Source: an uncultured Gammaproteobacteria bacterium (GTDB lineage: Bacteria; Pseudomonadota; Gammaproteobacteria; Chromatiales; Chromatiaceae). From it: 64,000 nucleotides of DNA. The stretch spans positions 107,657 through 171,656 of the forward strand of contig CALNYW010000007.1 of NCBI GenBank assembly GCA_942490985.1. The letters are read 5' to 3'. The notes under the pieces were generated by a model. It searched no databases, had not been told where the DNA came from, and was given only the letters and a program-made list of their open reading frames with translations. This document shows positions 41,614 through 49,923 of this stretch, piece by piece. Each line of letters begins with the position of its first letter. Within the stretch, counting starts at the first letter, position 1. The position numbers and the translations under genes were made by a program.

Positions 41614-42170
41614 CTACTGTTTTAGATAACCCGTGGTCACTGTAAAGCTCGACGCAAATGGTGCAGGACCAATATGTTCTCTTCGCTCGAAATCAGACAA
41701 CAGATGGTCTGCGTAGCACCTGTAGTAGTCTCGCTCGGTGTTATCTAGGAAAATCCAACCGCCGACACTGACTTTATCGATAACCCTTGCCAAGCAGCCA
41801 GGCCTCGCGCGCCCGTCGACTAGGACCACGTCAAAATAATTGTCCGGGAACGCGAGAATCGTGTTCACATACGCCAAAAGCTTCTGTCTCTATACCCTTG
41901 ACTTCGGGATAAGCAGGGATTCGACCTCATCCTTTACCGCCCATGCGAACGGTAACGTCTCCTGTTCTTTCACAGCGACATCCACATTCCTCAATCCACG
42001 CTCAGCGATGTATCTGCACACTCTAGCGGCCCAGATTGGACTGTGCTCAACGGAGAACACTGATGCAGATCTCTCTGCAAAGAACAGCGTCGACCCACCA
42101 GGACGAAGGCCACCACAACACGGTTTTCCCTCGACCCTCGCCCGATATATGGGTATAGAGGCCGGGTGAT
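41614..42170 (-). pseudogene. class I SAM-dependent methyltransferase, frameshifted; 5' limit uncertain
   Basis: GGSTLFFAERSASVFSVEHSPIWAARVCRYIAERGLRNVDVAV (motif I region) is in one frame. YVNTILAFPDNYFDVVLVDGRARPGCLARVIDKVSVGGWIFLDNTERDYY is in the 41614-41877 ORF. Confidence 0.5.
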
Positions 42171-42194
42171 TTAAAGTGTGGTTTTAGGGTTGTA

Positions 42195-43027
42195 TTATGA
42201 ATATTTAATGCTGCACAAGGTGGTGAACCGGGGCGAAGGGTTGATTCTATCTTGTAGTTGATTGTGTAGTTCCCCCCGCCCCCTAACCCCAAATGGCTTC
42301 TGACACGGGAACTGACTGCAAACGGACTCTATGACTACCAATCAGACCAACGCAGCGCTCAACGAGACCCCCCATCGTTCACTCCCCACACTTCCTCTGA
42401 CACTTCTTCTGAAGTGGGCGTCCCTGACCGCCAGCACCTCGTCCACCACCAGGATCTCGGGTTCAAGATGGGCAGCGACCGCGAATGCCAGGCGCACGTA
42501 CATGCCCGAAGAATAGCGCTTCACCGGCGTATCGAGAAAGCGTTCGACCTCCTGCGAAGTCGACGATCTCATCGAACTTGCGCTTGATCTCGGCCCGGGT
42601 CATGCCGAGAATCGCGCCGTTGAGATAGATGTTCTCGCGCCCGGTCAGCTCGGGGTGAAAGCCGGTGCCGACCTCCAGCAGGCTGGCGACGCGACCTTGG
42701 AGTGTGACTCGACCCTGGGTCGGTTCGGTGATGCGGCTTAGGATTTTGAGCAGAGTGGTCTTACCGGCGCCGTTGCGACCGATGATGCCGAGGTCTCTCC
42801 CCGCGTTTCACCTCGAAGGAGACGTCTTTCAGGGCCCAGAATTCTTCGACCTCGTCTCCCTGAATGATCTGCTTTCCGGCGATCATGTCGCGCGTCTTGC
42901 GCACCAGGCTCTTCGCATTCCGGGCGAGAACATCGCGCAACGCAGTGTAGCGTTCGCGTTGAACGGTATTGTGACCGACAAGATAGGATTTCCCCAGGTT
43001 TTCGACACGGATTGCGATTTCCGACAT
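42195..43027 (-). pseudogene. wzt: polysaccharide ABC exporter ATP-binding protein (Wzt/TagH-like, short form), at least four frameshifts
   Basis: ATG 43027: [53 protein letters not shown] frame change follows into (G)[78 protein letters not shown] (Walker A). Then [41 protein letters not shown] (signature + Walker B). A probable H-loop piece ..[11 protein letters not shown].. is in a further frame (~42331). The 3' end is uncertain. Confidence 0.75.
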
Positions 43028-43036
43028 GGTGAAATC

Positions 43037-43877
43037 CTAGATGATGTCCGCGAAGGACATTTCCATCCTGCGGAACTGCCGAAGGCCCAACCAAAGGAAG
43101 AGGGCAATCACCATCCAACTCAGGAAAAATCCTGGCAGGTACAGGTTGGACTCGCCACCGAGAATGGCCCAACGAAATCCATCGATAACACCGACAATCG
43201 GGTTGAGCGAATAAAGGAGGCGCCAACCCTCCGGAACAACTTGAGAGGAGAATCCGACCGGTGAGACATACAACCCGAACTGCACGATGAAAGGAATGAT
43301 GTAGCGGAAATCGCGGTACTTGACGTTGAGCGCCGTGATCCAAAGCCCGGGCCGAGGCTTGCGAGAAACGCCATCAGCACGAAGAACGGCAGCGTCAGGA
43401 TCTGCCAACCCGGCAGGAACTGGTACCAAACCATCAGGCATACCAGGATCGCGAAACTGATCATGAAAGTCGACGAAAGCAACGACCACGGCGGATGCAG
43501 GCACAATGAGGCGCGGGAAAGTAGACCTTGCTGAGCAGGTTGGCGTTGCCGACCAGGCTGTTCGATGCTCCTGTCAGCGAAGTCGAAAACAACTGCCAGG
43601 GCAGCAGGCCCGCAAAGACCATGAGTGCGTAAGGCGTGGTGCCCTCGGTCGGCAAGCTTCGGCGATCTTGCCAAAGATCACCGTGAACACGACCATGGTC
43701 AGCAACGGCTGGATCAAAGCCCAGGCCAACGCCAATCACGGTCTGCTTGTAGCGCACTGCCACGTCGCGCCAGGCCAAAACATAGAACAGCTCGCGGTAA
43801 TGCCACAGATCGCGCCAATAATGCCGTTCACCGCACGACCGGCCTCGATGATCAAGTTCTGCTTGCTGACCGTTCAT
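43037..43877 (-). pseudogene. wzm: polysaccharide ABC exporter permease (ABC-2 / Wzm-like), several frameshifts
   Basis: Pieces over three frames:
- ..RHYWRDLWHYRELFYVLAWRDVAVRYKQTVIGV
- TPYALMVFAGLLPWQLFSTSLTGASNSLVGNANLLSKVYFP
- VVAFVDFMISFAILVCLMVWYQFLPGWQILTLPFFVLMAFLASLGPG
- ALNVKYRDFRYIIPFIVQFGLYVSPVGFSSQVVPEGWRLLYSLNPIVGVIDGFRW

The stop is 9 nt before the wzt ATG. Confidence 0.75.
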
Positions 43878-43956
43878 TAGGACACTCACAGCGTTTTGCC
43901 AGCCACAGAGGAAACAGGGCTGAAGACGACCAGCGTCTGACATACGCTCGAACTCC

Positions 43957-44424
43957 TCAGCCGATAAGCACCAGGGTGCGAATCCGCCGTTGGATATAGC
44001 GTTCGGTCTTGGCTACCAGATCATCAAGATTGCGGCGGTTGACGTCGCCCACCAGCACCAGGTCAACGATGCCGGTATCACGTCCCTCGGCGTAATCGCC
44101 AGTCAAGTACGCGGCTCTCCAGATTTCCGAGCCGCTCGAGGATGCTCTCAAAGATCCGGTCCATGCCCAGCGCCTTGCGCACCATCGATTGCAGCTCGGG
44201 AAACAGCGGGTGCGAGCGGTCGGCGCGATAATGCACCTCACGTCCCTCCTTGGCACTGGTCAACAGGCCGGCGGCGCTGAGCTGCTGCAATTCGTCCGCA
44301 CATGGCCCGGGGAAGCATGAAAATCCTGCGCCAGCTCGCGCAGATAGGCGTGGCTGTCCGGATTCAGAAACAACCGCATCAGGATCTGCACCCGCATCTT
44401 GGAGGTGATCAGGCTATCGAGCAT
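43957..44424 (-). pseudogene. winged-helix (ArsR-like) transcriptional regulator with C-terminal extension, two frameshifts
   Basis: ATG 44424: MLDSLITSKMRVQILMRLFLNPDSHAYLRELAQDFHASPGHVRT. One base is lost there. Then ELQQLSAAGLLTSAKEGREVHYRADRSHPLFPELQSMVRKALGMDRIFESILERLGNLES. After a second frame change: AYLTGDYAEGRDTGIVDLVLVGDVNRRNLDDLVAKTERYIQRRIRTLVL. Confidence 0.5.
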
Positions 44425-44559
44425 GCCTGTATTGTTCGGTTTTTTAGTACGAAACTTTAGTGACAGGGGTCAATAAATCGGAAACTATCGCTAAAAGGAT
44501 TTCAATTCCGGCCGCCAAACTGTGACATCTCTGGGCAAATCATTGCAGACCCCCATTTC

Positions 44560-46490
44560 ATGAATCCGAGCCGACTGCTCTCAGTAGCCATTCTGGTCAT
44601 TGCCCTTGCGGCGACAATCACCGTTTACAGCCCTGGTCTGGGTGGCCCTTTTCTTTTCGACGACAGCGTCCACATCACCCAGAACCGCTGGGTAAAGATC
44701 GACAATCTCGGTTGGGACAGCCTGACCCGCGCCTGGCAGTCATCGTTCACCAGTTTCCCGAGCAACCGCCCCCTCGCCCAGCTGAGCTTTGGCATCAACC
44801 ACGCAGTCGCTGGCCTAAACCCCTGGGCCTTCAAGGGCGTCAACCTGGCCATTCATCTGCTGACCGGCCTGGCGATCTTTGTATTTGCCCGTCTCGGGTT
44901 AAGGGCGCTTTCCGGCCAGGCCGACCGGACTCAAGGCGAGACACTTTTTGCCCTGGCGGTCGCCGCGTTCTGGCTGGTACATCCGCTGCACGTCAGCACC
45001 GTGCTCTACGTCGTGCAGCGCATGGCGCAGCTGTCGACGCTCTTCCTAATGCTGGCGCTAAGCGCCTACCTCTGGGGACGTCTCCGAATCGCGGACGACA
45101 AACCGGGGCTGCCGTGGATGCTGGCCGCTATCCCGTTGGCGGCGATTGGCTTTCTCGGCAAGGAGAATACGGTCCTGCTCCCGCTGCTCCTTCTGGCCTG
45201 CGAACTGACACTGCTGCGCCAATTATCACTGGGCAGGAATCCTTGGCCTGTGCGGCTAGTCTGGATTGCACTGATCGTTCTGCCGCTGGTTGCCGGGGCC
45301 ATCTATCTCATCAATCACCCAGGTCTGTTGAGCCACGGCGGACGCCCGTTCACGTTAGAGGAACGGGGACTTACCCAGCCGCGCATCCTCTGGCTTTACC
45401 TGAACTGGTTATTCGTCCCAAATGTGTCACAGCTCGGCCTATTCCATGATGACATCGTCACATCGACTTCATTACTGAGCCCGCCGACCACGCTCATTGC
45501 GATCATGGGGTGGATCGGGCTGATAGTGACGGCGCTGGTCATGGCCCGGCGCTGGCCTGTTTTCGCATTCGCGGTGTTCTTTTTCCTCGCGGCCCACGCG
45601 CTCGAGTCGACCATTTTTCCGCTCGAAATGGTCTTCGAACACCGCAATTACCTGGCGAGTATCGGGCCGCTGTTCCTGCTGGCCTACCTGGTCACGGTTG
45701 GTGCAACAAAGACGCGTTTTCCGGGCGCGATCGGACTGCTGGCGATCGCGCTACTCATGGCTTATGGCGCTGCGACCTTCGCGCGTGTGCAGAACTGGAC
45801 GAGCCACGAGACCTTCGTGCTGGCCTCGGCCGAAAACCATCCCAACTCGGCGCGCGCCCAGTTCATGGCCGGGCAACTGGCGATTTCCATGTTGCCGAAA
45901 ATCGAGGGTGACAAATCAGAGATCGCCAATGTCGCGAGCCAGTTCCTCGAACAGGGCCTTGCTGCCAACGATCGCTGCCTGAACTGCCTGTTCGGTCTCG
46001 TCGTGCTCGATCTCCACCTCGATCGCTCGGTTGATCCCGCCACGCTCGAACGACTCACTAAAGCCCTACGTGGTGGTCCGGTCGATGCTTCCCTGGTCTC
46101 GGTCAGCCAGTTTGGTTTTCTGGTCAACTGGCTGAGAGCCGACGCCAGCAATCTCACCGGACGCAACTGGAGTCGGTGTTCGAGGCCGCGCTCGAAAACC
46201 CGAACTGGAACGGCACCGGCCGCGCCAGTATCGAAGCGGCCTACCGCAAATATTTCGAGCTTGTGAAAGGGGATCTCGAATCGGCACGCATTCATGCGGA
46301 ACGGGCGATTACCGCCTGGCCCAGTCAGTGGGCCTACCGCGTCCAATTGGTCGAGGTGCTGATCAAGCAGGGACGACGCGAAGAGGCGCTATTGGCGCTC
46401 GACGATGCCGCGCGACTTTCGAACAATAAAAAACGACAGATCGAAGTCGCTCGTTTAAGGGACATTTTACGTCCAGCTGATGCACAATAG
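44560..46490 (+). pseudogene. polytopic GT-C-like membrane glycosyltransferase with C-terminal TPR repeats (TMTC/PMT_2/DUF1736-like); one frameshift near the 3' end
   Basis: First-loop motif GGPFLFDDSVHITQNRWV, followed by at least 10 hydrophobic segments. TPR-like tail (..NHPNSARAQFMAGQLAI.., ..SARIHAERAITAWPSQWAYRVQLVEVLIKQGRREEALLALDDAARL). The frame switches at ~46156-46162 (ASNLTG | TQLESVFEAALENPNW), joining the 568-aa and 104-aa ORFs. Confidence 0.6.
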
Positions 46491-46496
46491 CCGGGC

Positions 46497-47378
46497 ATGG
46501 ACGCCAAACCCAATCAACCACAACTCAGCATCATCATCCCGGCACTGAACGAGGCCAACAGTCTCGACGCGCTACTGCCGGAGATAACAGGCGCCTTCCC
46601 CGATGCTGAGGTGCTGGTGGTTGATGACGGGTCGAACGATGCGACGGCAGCAATCGTGCAGGAAAACGGCTGCCGCCTGGTCAAGAATCCCTACCAAATG
46701 GGTAATGGCGCGGCGATAAAACGCGGTGCGCGTGCCGCCAAAAGCAAGGTACTGGCGATGATCGACGCCGACGGCCAGCATACCGCCGCGGACCTGCAGC
46801 GACTTTGGGTGCGATTCCAACGGGAAGATCTCGACATGCTGGTCGGCGCCCGTGATGCGCGCGAGCACGCCAGCGGTTTTCGTCGCTTCGGTAACTTCGC
46901 GTTCAATAAGATTGCGAGTTGGATGACCGGTCAAAAGATCGAAGACCTGACCAGCGGCATGCGGATCGTCAATGCGCACAGATTCCGCGAGTTTCTGCAT
47001 CTGCTGCCAAATGGGTTTTCATACCCGACCACCAGCACGATGGCGTTTTTCCGATCGGGCTATACGGTTGCCTACCAGCCCATTCAAGTCGGCCGCCGCG
47101 AGGGCAAGAGCCACCTCAAAATCTGGCGTGAAGGCGTGCGGTTCCTGGTCATCATCTTTAAGGTCGGCGCACTCTACTCACCGTTGAAGCTTTTTTTGCC
47201 GGTCAGCCTGGGATTATTCACTCTGGCAACAGGCCTCTATGCATACACCTACTGGGATGCCGGCCGATTTACCAATATGAGTGCCCTGCTTTACATGACC
47301 TCGCTGCTGACTTTCCTGATTGGGATCGTCTCCGAGCAGATCACCAGCCTGATGTTTGCCCGCCGCGAACGCGAATAA
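46497..47378 (+). CDS. GT2 polyprenyl-phosphate sugar transferase (GtrB/DPM1/ArnC-like) with two C-terminal TM helices
   Basis: LSIIIPALNEANSL..VLVVDDGSNDAT..MIDADGQH (DxD)..EDLTSGMRIV. C-terminal hydrophobic pair LFLPVSLGLFTLATGLYAY / ALLYMTSLLTFLIGIVSEQI. Reads as intact. Confidence 0.8.
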   Translation: MDAKPNQPQLSIIIPALNEANSLDALLPEITGAFPDAEVLVVDDGSNDATAAIVQENGCRLVKNPYQMGNGAAIKRGARAAKSKVLAMIDADGQHTAADLQRLWVRFQREDLDMLVGARDAREHASGFRRFGNFAFNKIASWMTGQKIEDLTSGMRIVNAHRFREFLHLLPNGFSYPTTSTMAFFRSGYTVAYQPIQVGRREGKSHLKIWREGVRFLVIIFKVGALYSPLKLFLPVSLGLFTLATGLYAYTYWDAGRFTNMSALLYMTSLLTFLIGIVSEQITSLMFARRERE

Positions 47379-47380
47379 AA

Positions 47381-47443
47381 CGGTCGGCCACAGCCCGACC
47401 GGATATTGAGTGAGGCCGTCTCTTTCGTCGGGCGCAGCCCGAC
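47381..47443. repeat. REP-like GC-rich palindromic units at the right edge of the island
   Basis: cggtcggccacagcccgaccg (47381-47401) and gtcgggc-gca-gcccgac followed by ctacc (47427-47448). A degenerate third copy ggtgggcgcggcccgtcc lies at ~47467-47485. All share the core gcccgac(c). Confidence 0.4.
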
Positions 47444-47605
47444 CTACCAATCGTCGACCGTGCTTGGTGGGCGCGGCCCGTCCTGAAACCTAAGCTCATC
47501 AATCACGGAGGTCGAGACCGTGCCCGATTTGCTATTGGATTAAACGGCCCGCCTTCTGACCAGGCGCGGCGCGCCACGCGAAAAACGCGCGGCAAAGCTA
47601 TCGAC

Positions 47606-48931
47606 TCAGCTCCCTGCCGGTGCCGGGCTGTCGGCTAGCCATTCGTTGGCCTTCGCGACATTATCGTCATTGAGCGTGCCAGCTGCCTGCAGCAAGGACA
47701 GAAAGTTCAGGATGTAATCGTAGCGTGACACCGCCAGGTCACGGCGTGCCCGGAACAAGTCCCGTTGGTTGTCGAGCACATCGACCAGTGTCCGGGTCCC
47801 GACCTCGAAACCCGCCTCAGTCGCCTCGAGCGCGCTTTGTGCCGACAGCTCGGCCGCTTCCAGGGCCTTCACGCGGCTGATAGAGGCCAGCACACCCCGA
47901 TAGGCATTGCGGACCTGGGTCCTGACCGCGCGGCGACGCTGCTCGAGCACCTGTTGAGCGGCCTCGAACTGAAACCGCGCCTGTCGGGTCGCCGCAGCGA
48001 CACCACCGCCGGTGTACAGCGGGATCGCCAGCTGCAGACCAATGGTCGCGTCGTCGATGTCGTTGCCTGCCCGCGCATCAGACCGGGCAACACCGTACGA
48101 TCCAACCAAATCGAGCGTCGGCAGGTCGGCCGCATCCTGGCGCTCGATCTCTTTGCGCGCGATGTCGGCATCAAGCTGCGCCGAAACCACACTCGGGTTA
48201 TTTTCCAACGCGGTCTCGGTCCAAACATCGAGACTTGCCGGCGTCGGCGGATCCAGCACGACGCCCTTTTTCAGATCGGCCAGCTTGCCGACGGGCGTCC
48301 CGGTGATCTCCAGTAGCGACTCGATCGCGTTATCGACATTGTTTTGCGCGATGATGGCATCTGCGCGGGCCTGGTCGAAGCGGGCCTGTGCCTCGTTGAC
48401 GTCGGTGATCGCGATCAACCCGACCTCGAAGCGCTGTTTTGCCTGATCCAGCTGTCGCGCGATCGCTTTGACATCCGAATCTGTAAACCGCAGCGTGTCT
48501 TGTGCCGAAAGCACGCCAAAGTACGCCTCAGTGACCCGTACGATGAGATCCTGCTCCGCCGTGGTCAGGTCGGCATCGGCCTGCTCCACCTGGTCATCCG
48601 CCTGGTCCAGGGCAATCGAGCGGTCTTTGCGGAACAGCGGTTGGGTGACGTTCAGCGCCGCACTCTGGCTGTCAAAATCATCGTTGTACGAACCGATGGT
48701 CGAGTTCTTGACATCACGAGAGGTGTAGTTGATGTCACCCGACACGCCGACGCTAGGCAATAATTGCGAGCGCGCCAACGGGCGCGATTCGAGCGCCGCC
48801 TCGCGCGTCGCTTGCGCCGCACGCAGCCCCGGATCGTTCTGCTGCGCCAGCGCATAGGCGGCGGACAGATCCGCGGCCTCAGCAACACCTAGGGGCGAAA
48901 CAAGCATCGCGACGATAAGCAACTGTTTCAT
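47606..48931 (-). CDS. tolC: TolC-family outer-membrane channel
   Basis: ATG 48931 (AAGGA/GAGG upstream) gives MKQLLIVAMLVSPLGVAEA. It carries the two-repeat TolC text (LSAAYALAQQNDPGLRAAQ..., ..ETALENNPSVVSAQLDADIARKEIE..). The 54-codon upstream extension in the track is unlikely to be real. Confidence 0.85.
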   Translation of the reverse strand: MKQLLIVAMLVSPLGVAEAADLSAAYALAQQNDPGLRAAQATREAALESRPLARSQLLPSVGVSGDINYTSRDVKNSTIGSYNDDFDSQSAALNVTQPLFRKDRSIALDQADDQVEQADADLTTAEQDLIVRVTEAYFGVLSAQDTLRFTDSDVKAIARQLDQAKQRFEVGLIAITDVNEAQARFDQARADAIIAQNNVDNAIESLLEITGTPVGKLADLKKGVVLDPPTPASLDVWTETALENNPSVVSAQLDADIARKEIERQDAADLPTLDLVGSYGVARSDARAGNDIDDATIGLQLAIPLYTGGGVAAATRQARFQFEAAQQVLEQRRRAVRTQVRNAYRGVLASISRVKALEAAELSAQSALEATEAGFEVGTRTLVDVLDNQRDLFRARRDLAVSRYDYILNFLSLLQAAGTLNDDNVAKANEWLADSPAPAGS

Positions 48932-49020
48932 AACAGCCTCAGTCCTTCGAAGATCAAAAAACGACCAGAATTGTAGCACGCACCCTGTTGACTGAGTCCG
49001 GCGAAAGCAACGCGCGTACA

Positions 49021-49854
49021 TCAGTTCTGCTTGGGCATCGGCGGCACGAGCAATTCCGGATCGATACGGCGATCGCGGAGGTTCATGCGCCAATCCAGAT
49101 GCGCGCCAGTTACTCGCCCGGTGGCGCCAACCTCGGCGATAAGATCGCCCTGCTCGACGCGGTCACCCGGCTTGACGTGGAATTTGTGCAGGTGCAGAAA
49201 GCTCGACGTCAGTTTGTGCCCGTGATCGATGATCAATGTACCACCGGAAAAATACATATCCGGCACCGCCAGCGTGACGATGCCCGGCGCCGGGGCGTAC
49301 ACGGGCGTACCGACAGGGGCGGCCACATCGACGCCAAAATGCGGACGCCGAGGCTTTCCGTTCAGCACCCGCTGGCTGCCGTACACGCCCGTGATGGGTC
49401 CTTCAACCGGCCAGACAAAACCGGTCAAAAAGTCCTGGCGGTTATCGTCGCGGGCTCGCGCCTTGCGCGCATCCACGACGTCGCGTCGGATACGCGCCAG
49501 ATCTTCTGGTTTCCGCGGCGTCACCTTGCCTGGCGGCAGCCCGTCGATGCGCTGAATCCGGTACTCCCGCTGCGTCACGTCGAGCGTACGCGTGACCCGC
49601 TCACCGTTGGGCGCCGCAATCACGACAGACGACGTCGCCGGCGCATCGCGGGTAAAGCCCAGCAGAAAATCCCCGTCCGGACCCACTCTCACCGCCTGGC
49701 CATCTTGCGACACCTGACTGCCGCGAACCGTCTTCCCGACGATCATGCCGCCCTGGATCGCCTCACCATGAAGCTCGACAGGTAGTGATGCGGAAACCAC
49801 CTGATTGACGCAAACCAGCAGGGCCACCACAGCTAAGCCGACACGCAATTTCAT
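49021..49854 (-). CDS. M23-family metallopeptidase
   Basis: Signal peptide MKLRVGLAVVALLVCVNQVVSA. M23 motifs HFGVDVAAPVGTPVYAPAPG and IIDHGHKLTSSFLHL..GATGRVTGAHLDW. Confidence 0.85.
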   Translation of the reverse strand: MKLRVGLAVVALLVCVNQVVSASLPVELHGEAIQGGMIVGKTVRGSQVSQDGQAVRVGPDGDFLLGFTRDAPATSSVVIAAPNGERVTRTLDVTQREYRIQRIDGLPPGKVTPRKPEDLARIRRDVVDARKARARDDNRQDFLTGFVWPVEGPITGVYGSQRVLNGKPRRPHFGVDVAAPVGTPVYAPAPGIVTLAVPDMYFSGGTLIIDHGHKLTSSFLHLHKFHVKPGDRVEQGDLIAEVGATGRVTGAHLDWRMNLRDRRIDPELLVPPMPKQN

Positions 49855-49923
49855 TGCCCTCGATTACCTCATAGATCGTGAGACAGCACCGGCGCGAACC
49901 GGTCTGTTTGTTAAGCTCGCCGC

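Noticed and set aside
42171-42400. Apparent truncation of Wzt after Walker B, with an AT-rich/C-run insertion scar (42170-42330)
   Set aside because: On re-reading the other frames, an H-loop-like piece (..[15 protein letters not shown]..) and further open frame continue to about 42195. The NBD is therefore probably full length but frame-shifted, not truncated.
29024-47606. Calling the polysaccharide island a mobile genomic island
   Set aside because: I found no integrase, transposase, flanking tRNA or flanking direct repeats. Only REP-like hairpins occur, on one side, and GC is patchy rather than uniformly foreign.
47606-49093. N-terminal extensions in the track for tolC (54 codons), trpB (29 codons), psiE (113 codons), the RND permease (17 codons) and DUF938 (72 codons)
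   Set aside because: The extensions overlap neighbouring genes or lack signal and RBS context. Internal ATGs with good RBS or start/stop coupling give the expected family N-termini.
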